Shown here one piece after another: positions 49,181 to 58,300 of a DNA stretch of 64,000 nt. Every line of letters starts with the position of its first letter. The stretch's first letter is position 1. The notes beneath the pieces were generated by a model. The model had not been told where the DNA came from and ran no database searches. It was given only the letters and a program-made list of their open reading frames with translations. The DNA is from Candidatus Obscuribacterales bacterium (GTDB taxonomy: Bacteria; Cyanobacteriota; Vampirovibrionia; Obscuribacterales; Obscuribacteraceae), in NCBI GenBank assembly GCA_965228855.1, contig CBDDIJ010000005.1, positions 704,001 through 768,000 on the forward strand. Direction: 5' to 3'. The position numbers and the translations under genes were made by a program.

Positions 49181-49678
49181 ATGATTCCAAACCCATTCAA
49201 AATCGTTTTTGAAACCGCCAGCGCGATCACCGGAACAGCGCGCAATCTCTACACTTTGTTGTTCCTCACATTTCTATGCGTCCCTTCCTCGCTGATTTAT
49301 TGCGGACCGCGTTTCACTTCCGAGTCTGTAAATTGTTTGTTCTTTATTCTCTGGCTCTTAATACCGTTCCTCATGCTTGGAGCCGGAATGGCGGCGCTCT
49401 CGATCTGGCGAATCGTGGCAAGCACGGCATTTCTGGTGGCATGGGTGCCCGCTGTAGTCTTCTCATTTCCTATCTGGTTGCCCCTTATCGACGGTTTTTC
49501 CAAAAACTGCGATCCCGTTTTCCAGTTGATGGACGAGCAAACGCAACATGGCGGCGGCAAGACTCGACATTACAAACTCGAGGTCGCGAGATTGGCGATT
49601 CAAAAGGAAACTTTCGAAACGGACATCATTCCAGGTCTAAAATGGGTCGAAATTCGGGAACAACATATAGACAATTAG
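49181..49678 (+). CDS. Hypothetical membrane protein
   Basis: Three hydrophobic segments and a soluble C-terminus; start uncertain (49142-49181). Confidence 0.55.
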   Translation: MIPNPFKIVFETASAITGTARNLYTLLFLTFLCVPSSLIYCGPRFTSESVNCLFFILWLLIPFLMLGAGMAALSIWRIVASTAFLVAWVPAVVFSFPIWLPLIDGFSKNCDPVFQLMDEQTQHGGGKTRHYKLEVARLAIQKETFETDIIPGLKWVEIREQHIDN

Positions 49679-49764
49679 TTAATGCTGGCGACGTACAAAA
49701 GGCAAACGGATAGCCGTAACCTAACACCATATTCGGTGCTTCAAGAATTCTAAAAACAAGAGAG

Positions 49765-50268
49765 ATGCACGGCGGCGGAAACACACAGTGGATGGACGAT
49801 GAGCTGCGGCTGGCGACGCTGCAGATCTTGCTCGACCAACGCCGGATGCAAGGCGAGGAGGCTGGTGCATCCGAAAAGATGATCGCCTACATTCTGGAGA
49901 TCCAACGCTGCCCGCGGTTTAAATTGAATATGGATTTTTTGATGCAAAACGGTTTCATTGAAAAGGGAAATCGTGTGCTTAAGATTACACCGGCTGGATA
50001 CGATTTCCTGCTTGAACGTCTGGGCGGGTTGAAGCCGGAGGCTAGCTCGTTTCCGGTACTTGCTGCAATATTGAAGAAACTGGAAGGTTTAACACTGGAG
50101 GAATTGCAAGCAGTTTTTCCAGATAAAACGGCGACGGATCTGGAGTTTTCACTCTGGTATCTGACGGAGAAGAAATATATCGAGGAGCGCGAACAAAAGT
50201 TCAAAGCTACTATGTCAGGCTATACCTTGGGAAAACGATTCGGCACCACATTTGATGGCACTGTCTAA
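49765..50268 (+). CDS. Hypothetical protein with two tandem winged-helix-like repeats
   Basis: FKLNMDFLMQNGFIE...LKITPAGYDFL and LEFSLWYLTEKKYIE...FKATMSGY. Confidence 0.6.
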   Translation: MHGGGNTQWMDDELRLATLQILLDQRRMQGEEAGASEKMIAYILEIQRCPRFKLNMDFLMQNGFIEKGNRVLKITPAGYDFLLERLGGLKPEASSFPVLAAILKKLEGLTLEELQAVFPDKTATDLEFSLWYLTEKKYIEEREQKFKATMSGYTLGKRFGTTFDGTV

Positions 50269-50639
50269 AAACTCAAGAAGTGCCAGGCAAAACCAGCAGC
50301 AAACAGAAACGAGATAACTAAAAGACTAAACTTCCAGGAGCTGAAGCGGCGAATATCGAAAGGCGCCTCGAACAGTCTTTCTACGACGTAGCCGTCTGTG
50401 ACTCTCGCTCCCCAGTAAGAAGCTACCGACAGGCAAGTAAAGATAAGCCCTATCGAGATTACCCAGAGTCCCTGCATCATTGCTCCAAGCGCATATAGCG
50501 TTCCGAACAGCATGCCGATGCCCGCCACAAGTGACATCAACGCCACCGCGGCACAGACAGTGCACATAAGCATGAGAATGAAGTTGAGGGGTTTCCGGAT
50601 AATCGGATGCATAAACTCCAGCCTCTGCCCCTCTAACAC
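50265..50639 (-). CDS. Hypothetical membrane protein
   Basis: Three to four hydrophobic helices; convergent with the wHTH gene. Confidence 0.6.
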   Translation of the reverse strand: MLEGQRLEFMHPIIRKPLNFILMLMCTVCAAVALMSLVAGIGMLFGTLYALGAMMQGLWVISIGLIFTCLSVASYWGARVTDGYVVERLFEAPFDIRRFSSWKFSLLVISFLFAAGFAWHFLSF

Positions 50640-50706
50640 AAAATCGCGTGACCGATTGAAATTTTGATTATACCCTTCCCCGCAACTGTTTATAGGCGTA
50701 CCTGCA

Positions 50707-50736
50707 TTGACATGCCAGTACCGGTACTGGTATGTT
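50707..50736 (+). promoter_or_regulatory. Sigma70-like promoter with palindromic operator filling the spacer
   Basis: TTGACA (50707-50712), 18-bp spacer, TG-G-TATGTT extended -10 (50728-50736); perfect palindrome CCAGTACCGGTACTGG at 50715-50730. Confidence 0.7.
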
Positions 50737-50768
50737 GAAAATTCCCACCGCTGCTGGAGTCTCGTGCG

Positions 50769-51377
50769 ATGAAGAAAGCGAAAGAGCGCCAGATCACTTT
50801 CTACGCTGATCCGGACGTATTCGAATGGCTGAAGAAGCAGGAAAGCGTCACTCGCTATTTAAACGCCGCGATACGAGAAGCCATGCAGGCTGATGGCGCC
50901 GAGGCTGGCTCAACGAGCGAAGGCAAGCGTCTCTCAGGCATCGCTAACAATAACGCGATAAAGACGGTAGTGTCCGAGCTGGAGCAGATTCAGGAGGCGA
51001 TTTTCCGGTCGTATAAACGCCAGCAAGCGATGATTGGAGCACTGAGAACGCATCAAAAGCTCTTTGAAAAATCCGCTACGCTCTATCGCGAATTTGGCAG
51101 AATTAGAGACGAGGAAGTGCAGGTACCTGAGCCCGAGCCACACGACTTCACTGTTTCCAGCTACAACGAGCTGCTTTCGAATTCCGCCGACTCGATTCGC
51201 GCCATAATCGAATCTACTGAACTTGACCAGGCTAGCTTGATTGCTCAGAGTGGTATTAAGGAGCGCCTGATAGCCGCAATTGACTCTGATGGCACCAGCA
51301 AGCGCGACTCGGAACCGCCGGCACCCGCGCGGAGTTTCTCGCTCAACAAGCCCGCGGGCACTGAGGCGGGAAATTGA
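50769..51377 (+). CDS. Ribbon-helix-helix (CopG/BrnA-like) N-terminal domain protein with coiled coil
   Basis: RQITFYADPDVFEWLKKQ..VTRYLNAAIREAM beta-alpha-alpha pattern; GGAG RBS. Confidence 0.65.
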   Translation: MKKAKERQITFYADPDVFEWLKKQESVTRYLNAAIREAMQADGAEAGSTSEGKRLSGIANNNAIKTVVSELEQIQEAIFRSYKRQQAMIGALRTHQKLFEKSATLYREFGRIRDEEVQVPEPEPHDFTVSSYNELLSNSADSIRAIIESTELDQASLIAQSGIKERLIAAIDSDGTSKRDSEPPAPARSFSLNKPAGTEAGN

Positions 51378-51498
51378 ACAGGGAAATTTGTCAAAAAATC
51401 CTATAAAAGGAGGCTGAAACCGTTTGCGCTGTTTCCAGCCGCATATAATTAACGAAGGAGCTAATTCAGCCAAGGTATATCCCTCGCGAAAGGTTTTC

Positions 51499-53226
51499 AT
51501 GGTCGACGAAGCAAAACAGGAAAGCAATTCCAATAGCGGCAGCAGCGCGACAGCAACACCGGATGGGGCGAATCTCGAAACCTACCTCGCAAAGCATGGC
51601 GCGATGGGTTGGCGAGAGTGCCTGGCCGAGATGCACGATGTTTGTTTTAGCCTGGAGAAACAGAACGTTGTTTACGGTGATTTGACCGTACGCTCTATCA
51701 CGGTTTCTGAAACCACCGCCAGTGGTATCACACTTCACTTACATAGCCACGCTCCAAACGCTTTAGAAAAAACCGAAAAAAGCGGCGCGATATCATTTCC
51801 AAACGAAGCATATTTCAGCCCCGAAAAATGTCTGTCAAAGTCGGTTGATCGACGCTCAGATGTTTACTCGCTAGGTTGCATCATGTACCACATGCTTACG
51901 GGTGCGCCGCCGTTTGTGCAGAGAGACCCGGAGAAATTGAAAGAGGCGCAAGCAATCGATTACGCCTTGCCGCCAGGGAGGAGATCACAAAGACAGCACA
52001 TTCCGGACGAAGTCGATGCTTTGATCAGTCGCTGTCTCGAGAAGGATCCGGCGAAACGGTTTAAAAATGCAAGTGAGTTGCGCGCAAACCTTGGCAATGC
52101 GCTGCAACTGGAAGAAGATCCGGATGACGCGATAAACAAAAGCGCGAAGTTTTCGGAATTTTTCCAGAAACGAAGAGCGGTCTTTCTTCGCGTAATCGCT
52201 CTTGTTGCAGTGACTGCCGTCTTAGGCTGGCTTGCGCTGGAAGTGACATCCAATCAGGATTTCGCGAAATCGCTCGAGCGCACATCTGCCCGCCATCGCA
52301 ATCGCTGGTTTCTAAATTTAGAACACGGCCAGATGTATCTTGCCCAAGCAGAATTCGAGAACGGCAAGATGGAGCCGGATACAGGCAAAGAGCCATTAGA
52401 GCTGAAAATGAAAGACGAGGACGTAATCCTGTTCTCCACGACAAAGCGCCAGACTGTCAAGGAAGCTGTAGAAGAGGCGATTCGACGACGCCTGATCCTG
52501 TTCAAAGTCAATCTTATCGATGCGGATCTCGCTGGTGCAGTTATTCCACATGCGAATCTGGACGAATGTTTCGCAATCAACGCAAAGTTTGATGGTGCTG
52601 TCATGACCAATGACTTGCTAAGGCAAGCAGATCTCACAAACGCAAGCATGAAAAACGTGAAATTGGACAGCGCCAATATCGAACGCGGAGTATTCAGGCA
52701 AGCCAATCTAGAGGGAGCGGACTTATCGGGATCTGTTCTAATCGATTGCGATTTCACAAATGCGAAACTGAAAGGCACAAATTTAAAAAACACCTATTTG
52801 CTCGACTCGACTTTTACCGGTGCCGACTGTTCAGGAGCCGCGTTCGATGGTTCTACAATGACCGAACAATGCGCAACACAAGCGAAACTCACACCGGAAC
52901 AGCGAAAATCAGTCAAAATCGTAGTCGGACCCAAAGCCGAGCATAAAGTCGTTCGACCGCTCGGCGTAGCGGAGCCCAAAGATCTGGAAGTTCAAGTCCA
53001 GACACCTTTCGCGCAGCGAAAGATGCATAATCCATTTGCACAACCGAAAGAAGGTTCGAGTTACGGGCCGAATGTCCCCGCTAATGAGCGAATCGGACTG
53101 GACATTAAAATCGATAAGAATGGCAACCCCATTCCTGTCGAAAACCCGCCGCCTCGCAAATCACCAGCTCAAAGGCAGTCTCCGGCGCTGACACCGGGGA
53201 CGGTGCCAGTCCCTCCGAGTAAATGA
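51499..53226 (+). CDS. Pseudokinase (C-lobe only) with TM helix and pentapeptide repeats
   Basis: YFSPE, RSDVYSLGCIMYHMLTG.PPF and LEKDP..RF retained; no Gly loop, VAIK or DFG; TM VIALVAVTAVLGWLAL; A(D/N)Lxx repeats; Pro-rich tail. Confidence 0.8.
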   Translation: MVDEAKQESNSNSGSSATATPDGANLETYLAKHGAMGWRECLAEMHDVCFSLEKQNVVYGDLTVRSITVSETTASGITLHLHSHAPNALEKTEKSGAISFPNEAYFSPEKCLSKSVDRRSDVYSLGCIMYHMLTGAPPFVQRDPEKLKEAQAIDYALPPGRRSQRQHIPDEVDALISRCLEKDPAKRFKNASELRANLGNALQLEEDPDDAINKSAKFSEFFQKRRAVFLRVIALVAVTAVLGWLALEVTSNQDFAKSLERTSARHRNRWFLNLEHGQMYLAQAEFENGKMEPDTGKEPLELKMKDEDVILFSTTKRQTVKEAVEEAIRRRLILFKVNLIDADLAGAVIPHANLDECFAINAKFDGAVMTNDLLRQADLTNASMKNVKLDSANIERGVFRQANLEGADLSGSVLIDCDFTNAKLKGTNLKNTYLLDSTFTGADCSGAAFDGSTMTEQCATQAKLTPEQRKSVKIVVGPKAEHKVVRPLGVAEPKDLEVQVQTPFAQRKMHNPFAQPKEGSSYGPNVPANERIGLDIKIDKNGNPIPVENPPPRKSPAQRQSPALTPGTVPVPPSK

Positions 53227-55145
53227 GTTCAGATGCGAACAGGAAAACTCTGACTGCCGAAGACTCGTTTCCCCACGAGCGCTATGATGCGCTTGAGAGA
53301 CTCGGAAGCGGTGCTTACGGAGCCGTCTATAGATGCCGCGATAAACTTTTAAAACGCACTGTCTCTATCAAGACGCTCTTCAACCTCACGGAAAGCCAGG
53401 TAATCGACTTTCAAAAAGAGGCGCGCGCTCTCAGCGCCTTACAGCATCCCGGAATAGTTTCGATTCTGGACTTTGGGATCAGCGAAAAGGGATTTCCATA
53501 TCTGGTGATGGAATTTATCGAGGGTCTCTCTCTTGAGCAACATCTGGACGAGCACGGAACTTTGCCGACGAGTGTTGCGCTGGAGCTGTTTACACAAATC
53601 GCGGAATCTCTAGCCTATGCTCACAGCAAGGGTGTCTATCACAGAGATCTAAAACCCGCAAACATATTACTATCGGAGAATAAACTCAACGAGCTACATG
53701 CGAAGCTGATTGATTTTGGAATGTCGGCAACTGCATTAAGCGGTGAGACAACAATCGATTCACAAGGCAAAACGCTTGTCGGCACACCGGCTTACATGAG
53801 TCCCGACCAGATAAGTGGAGATGCGTTCGATGCCGCGTCGGAAACCTACACTCTCTGCTGCGTGCTGTTTGAAGCCATAATCGGCGGTCCACCGTTCACT
53901 GCGGTGTCGGCACTGGAACTCCTGGCGCTGCATGCCAATGAACCTGCGCCGTCCATGCTTGAGTTCGAAACAGGCTCGGTCGTGTTCAGAAGACTCGATG
54001 AGGTTATTCGGCAAAAGGGTCTTGCTAAGAGAAAGTCACAACGATTCAGAACGATGTCAGAGCTAGCGTCAGCGCTAGGTGCTCTGATCGAAACAGCAAG
54101 AGACCTCGAGACACATGGTATCACCAGCGGTTCTACACATGAAGAGCTGAACGAATCAGCGCCGACGACAGAGGCGGATCTGAAAGCAGTCAACGCCAGA
54201 TACAGCATGATATTCGTGGCGTGCCTGGTGGCAATGGTTTCAGTAATTCCGATAGTTGCTTACACGATGCTAAACCGTGGCGAGTTTGTCAAACATCCTC
54301 GACCTGCGAAAGCTGCGGAAACCAATCCTATCGACATGAGCAATATCGATTTTGTCGTTGGAGGTTTAGATTCCGACGGCATTTCGATGAAGATGGAATC
54401 GTGCAAAGTGATCAATAACTTCGACATCAAGAAGTTTAAGGAGCTTACAAAGAACAAGGTGCTCCGAAAAATTTCTTTCACCAACGTTCACTTGACGCCG
54501 GAAGATGTGAGAGCGGTGGCACCATTGAAGCCGACATCTTTCAACATGAATCAATGCGCGTATAACGACCGAGTCTTCAAGGAAATTGCAGCTATACCGT
54601 CCATCACTTCGCTCCAAGTCGCCTCCGGCGTGGTGACACTTCCCTCGATGCGCTTTATTGCATCAATGCCCAATTTGAACTATCTGGATCTGAACGGCTC
54701 GAACGTTGATGACAAGCTACTGCAAACGCTGACAACCTCGCAGCTCAAGCAACTTGATGTGCATAAATGCGAGGCAGTGACAGGAAAGGGACTGAACAGA
54801 GGAATGGAGCAACTCACATATTTCAGAGCCAGCAAACTTAGCGTGTCCGGAAAAGATCTCGCATTTCTGAAAGGGCTGCCAAATCTCAAGATTCTAGAAC
54901 TGTTTCCGATTGACCTCACCGATGAGGACGCCGAACAGATCAAAAATCCCGAGCTTCACTCAGTAAGAATCGATAGTGCGTATCTTACGATTAAAGGAGT
55001 GAAACTGTTTGCCTCACTTCCGAACATCAAATATATCGAGGTCGGCAGAACACCCACTATAAATGAAAGTTCCATCCGGGCTCTTGCTCACGAATTTCCA
55101 GGTGTCAAGATTCAACTCTCCGCCAAACCGCTGAAATCAATTTGA
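53223..55145 (+). CDS. Hanks-type Ser/Thr kinase with TM helix and leucine-rich repeats
   Basis: GSGAYG, VSIK, HRDLKPAN, DFG, GTPAYMSPD; TM MIFVACLVAMVSVIPIVAY; LRRs; ATGA overlap with the upstream gene. Confidence 0.9.
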   Translation: MSSDANRKTLTAEDSFPHERYDALERLGSGAYGAVYRCRDKLLKRTVSIKTLFNLTESQVIDFQKEARALSALQHPGIVSILDFGISEKGFPYLVMEFIEGLSLEQHLDEHGTLPTSVALELFTQIAESLAYAHSKGVYHRDLKPANILLSENKLNELHAKLIDFGMSATALSGETTIDSQGKTLVGTPAYMSPDQISGDAFDAASETYTLCCVLFEAIIGGPPFTAVSALELLALHANEPAPSMLEFETGSVVFRRLDEVIRQKGLAKRKSQRFRTMSELASALGALIETARDLETHGITSGSTHEELNESAPTTEADLKAVNARYSMIFVACLVAMVSVIPIVAYTMLNRGEFVKHPRPAKAAETNPIDMSNIDFVVGGLDSDGISMKMESCKVINNFDIKKFKELTKNKVLRKISFTNVHLTPEDVRAVAPLKPTSFNMNQCAYNDRVFKEIAAIPSITSLQVASGVVTLPSMRFIASMPNLNYLDLNGSNVDDKLLQTLTTSQLKQLDVHKCEAVTGKGLNRGMEQLTYFRASKLSVSGKDLAFLKGLPNLKILELFPIDLTDEDAEQIKNPELHSVRIDSAYLTIKGVKLFASLPNIKYIEVGRTPTINESSIRALAHEFPGVKIQLSAKPLKSI

Positions 55146-55386
55146 AACAACGGCAGCGACTGCGACTAGCTTCTTTACAAAAGGGTCCAGCACTGTGGCT
55201 ATAACACGGGCGTCAGGCACAACAATTAAGCGAACAAGCGCACGATATGTTTGAATGGTTTCACACATGGAATAAATAAATCAGTTCAGCGGAACAGCTT
55301 GAGACTTGCGTGGGGCAGTATCGAGCGTTCCGAGAGCCCGACCTCAACGGGAACCTTTTAAAAACCAAAGTATAAAGGAGCGATCG

Positions 55387-58300
55387 ATGAATACAAATCG
55401 ATTCCGTTTGAGCCGTCCGGAAGAAAGTAAAAATTTGAATGACAAGAATGTGCTGATTGGCGACGCATTTGCATTCTTAGATGAGAATGCGCTGAAGTCC
55501 AGCAGCATGAGATGGCTGTTTAAGCTCATGGGCAAGAAGCCTAGCGGCAAGCCTCAAATCGTTTCGCTCGCCGGTCCGGAAAGCGTTGAGCTTTTCGGTT
55601 ATACGATTGAGCCGCTAAGCGTGAAGCCTTTGCTCTTGCAATGCATCGTCAGTGACAAGTCTTTGTACCGAAGCGAAAAAGACACAATCAATCTTCTGGT
55701 ACTGAAACCGCTTGCACCAAATTCCTCGACCGAAGTAATCGTGAATTCATCCGGAAATCCGTTTTCGAAACATACCGTCGAACTCGGTCAAAACGGTGAG
55801 GGCATGCTGACTTTAACAGACCTGCCCGTCGGAGAATACACAGTTCAGTTCGAGACGATTGCCCAGGTTGCCTGTGAATTCATCGTAGCAGAATACCGCC
55901 TGGCTCCCCTTGTTTCTTCGTTGGTCGAGAGTAGAGTTCTGGACAACTCGAAACTCAATGTGACGTTGCAGGTGGAATCATTCGGCGTACCCATCAATGA
56001 GCAGGTCCGGCTCAGTCTGATGGATCGGACCATGCTTATCGCAATGGAATCGAGAACCGCTGTCGACGGAAAAGTGGAGGCGACGTTCGAGCTGACCGGC
56101 GAAGGACCGCATTCGATATATGTTCAAATTCCGAGCGATCCGTCGAAGACAGCGACCGTGCCGCTGCGCGGAAGTCGAGAATCAGAGCGCAAAACGACAC
56201 TGTTCTCACCGCTGGGAACTGAGGTAGTCGGCTCGCTCTTGCCCATTGGTAATTCCGAAGCGGTAAGAGGGATATACTTCGCGGAAGGAGCAATCAAGAC
56301 TTCACCAATATCGCTCGCACAGGTGGATTCGGACCAGATTCATTTAAACATCAACTGCGCCGCTTCATTGCTCAAAGTCGTCGTCGTAGATCCGACTTTT
56401 CCACGCGCGAACGAAGACGCGGTTGATGTGGAACAGGTTGGTCATCCTTCTGGAGACGCCGTCTACAAAACCGCCGAAGCTATGTTCAAATCCGGCAACT
56501 TCCTTGGAGCTGCGGAAACATTCTGGCAACGACGCGCGGAGCTCGCAAATCCCCATCCGTATTTCGCGTATTACACGGCATGCAGCTATGCACGCGCAGG
56601 GCAACGAGATGAAGCGGTACAGGCGCTCAGACAGTCCTTCATGGATGGTTGGCGAGAGATGCAGCATTTAGAAGAAGATGAGGATCTATCCTCACTTAGA
56701 GGCTTTCCGCCATTTGAACACTTGCTGACCGGTGGTCTTCGAGAGTTTACATTCGAAGATCTCGAAGCAGGTCGAAAAATTTCACTGGAAGCATTCGCGC
56801 CCTCCTCGCTGGTTCTCCTAGGAGCCTACATAGACGGCAAAGCCTGGGAGGGTTGGGCAACGGTCGTGGTACCGAGCACGGTATCAACAGAAATTACTTT
56901 ACCGGAGCTTTGTCCGCCCGGCAAAGACATCACGATTGAATTCTCAGCAGGCAAAGCAACCTCCATATATGCAATCGTCAAAGACGCGCGTCTCATCAGC
57001 GCTGATACCCCCGAGTTGAAATTGGCTGGTGCATTGAAAACGTTTATCGAACTGGAAGGCAAGGAGAAAAAGGTAGGAGAGGTCAAAACCAGCCTGAGAC
57101 AGAAATATCAAGAATCTGCTCCCCCGCGCTACGCGCTCATGGCGAGAGCTGCGATGGGAGGAATGTCGACCGGATCATGGGGAGCATTGCCTCTGGCAGC
57201 ACCAGGTTCTGCCTATGGCGGTGGGGTTCCAGATGCTGTCGGCACATCGAGCGCAGAGAACGAAGGGGCGCTGCGCTTTCGCAGTGAAGCGCGATGGGAT
57301 ACTCCTATTCAAGAGCGCGGCGAACAGACTATCTCGGCACGGTTCGGCATGGCGCAATCGCCGGACATTGCGGCGCATCAAATGCAAGATTCGAATATGG
57401 ACATGGTCTTCGATCACGTGATGACTGCAGACGTTGAAGGTGAAAGCGGTTCCGCAGTTTGCCAAACGACGAATTCAAGCAAAGCGAAAACAGAGGACAA
57501 AACCAAATCAATCACGATGCTGCAAGACGATCCCGAAGTGGTGTTTGCAGGCTTTGTGAAAGTAGATGGAGGGATAGGTCATTTGACCATCAAGCTGCCG
57601 GATACATTCGCCGATTATATTGTTGAGTGTTTCGCAGTCGAGGGTCTGGACTGGGCATCTAAAGAAACCAGTTTTCGGGCCGCCAAGGATCCGTTTGTAA
57701 AACTGACCACGCCTGTCTTCACCCGCAAAGAGGAACCAGCTCAAGCATTCGTACACGTCGGATCTGCAAAGAAGGTGAAGCTGAAAGTACTTTTGAACGG
57801 TGAACAGATCGAATTATTTGAGGATGAAAACAAACCCTTCACGGGAGAGATTTCTGGAGCGCCAACCGCATTCTCGTTTTCAGCACTTCCAGGAGCATAC
57901 GAAGCGATCCTTGAAGATGCTTCCGGCGAAATAGTTGCAAATGACATGAAGAATGTCGATGAGCCTGGCAAATTGAAACGCCTGGTTCGCACGATTCAGA
58001 TTTTGCAAAGTGGAGAAAGCGTTGCACTGGCAGACGATTCAAAACGCCGCGCTCTGACGCTGATGCCGGGGATTGAAACTTCCTTCAAAGCCCTGGTAGA
58101 AGCAACCGCAGATTATGCACACTGTTGCTGCGAGCAGACGGCTGCAAAAATCCTATCCGGATGTGCTATGTATATATTCTCCGGCGGCGATGACAATCGC
58201 AGGAAAACCGCTGAATCCGTCATTCTCGCAGGCATCCGTAGAGAGCAAAAAATGTGGCTCAAAGGTCGCGGCTTCAAGGCCTACCCTGAACGATTCAACG

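Noticed and set aside
49108..49245. Hydrophobic N-terminal extension of Dxr in the ORF track
   Set aside because: The conserved Dxr start is MKKISLIGSTGSIG at 49107; the extension overlaps the divergent gene
50934..51533. 199-aa minus-strand ORF, and similar 60-180 aa ORFs antisense to larger genes throughout the window
   Set aside because: They overlap better-supported genes on the opposite strand and carry no recognisable motifs
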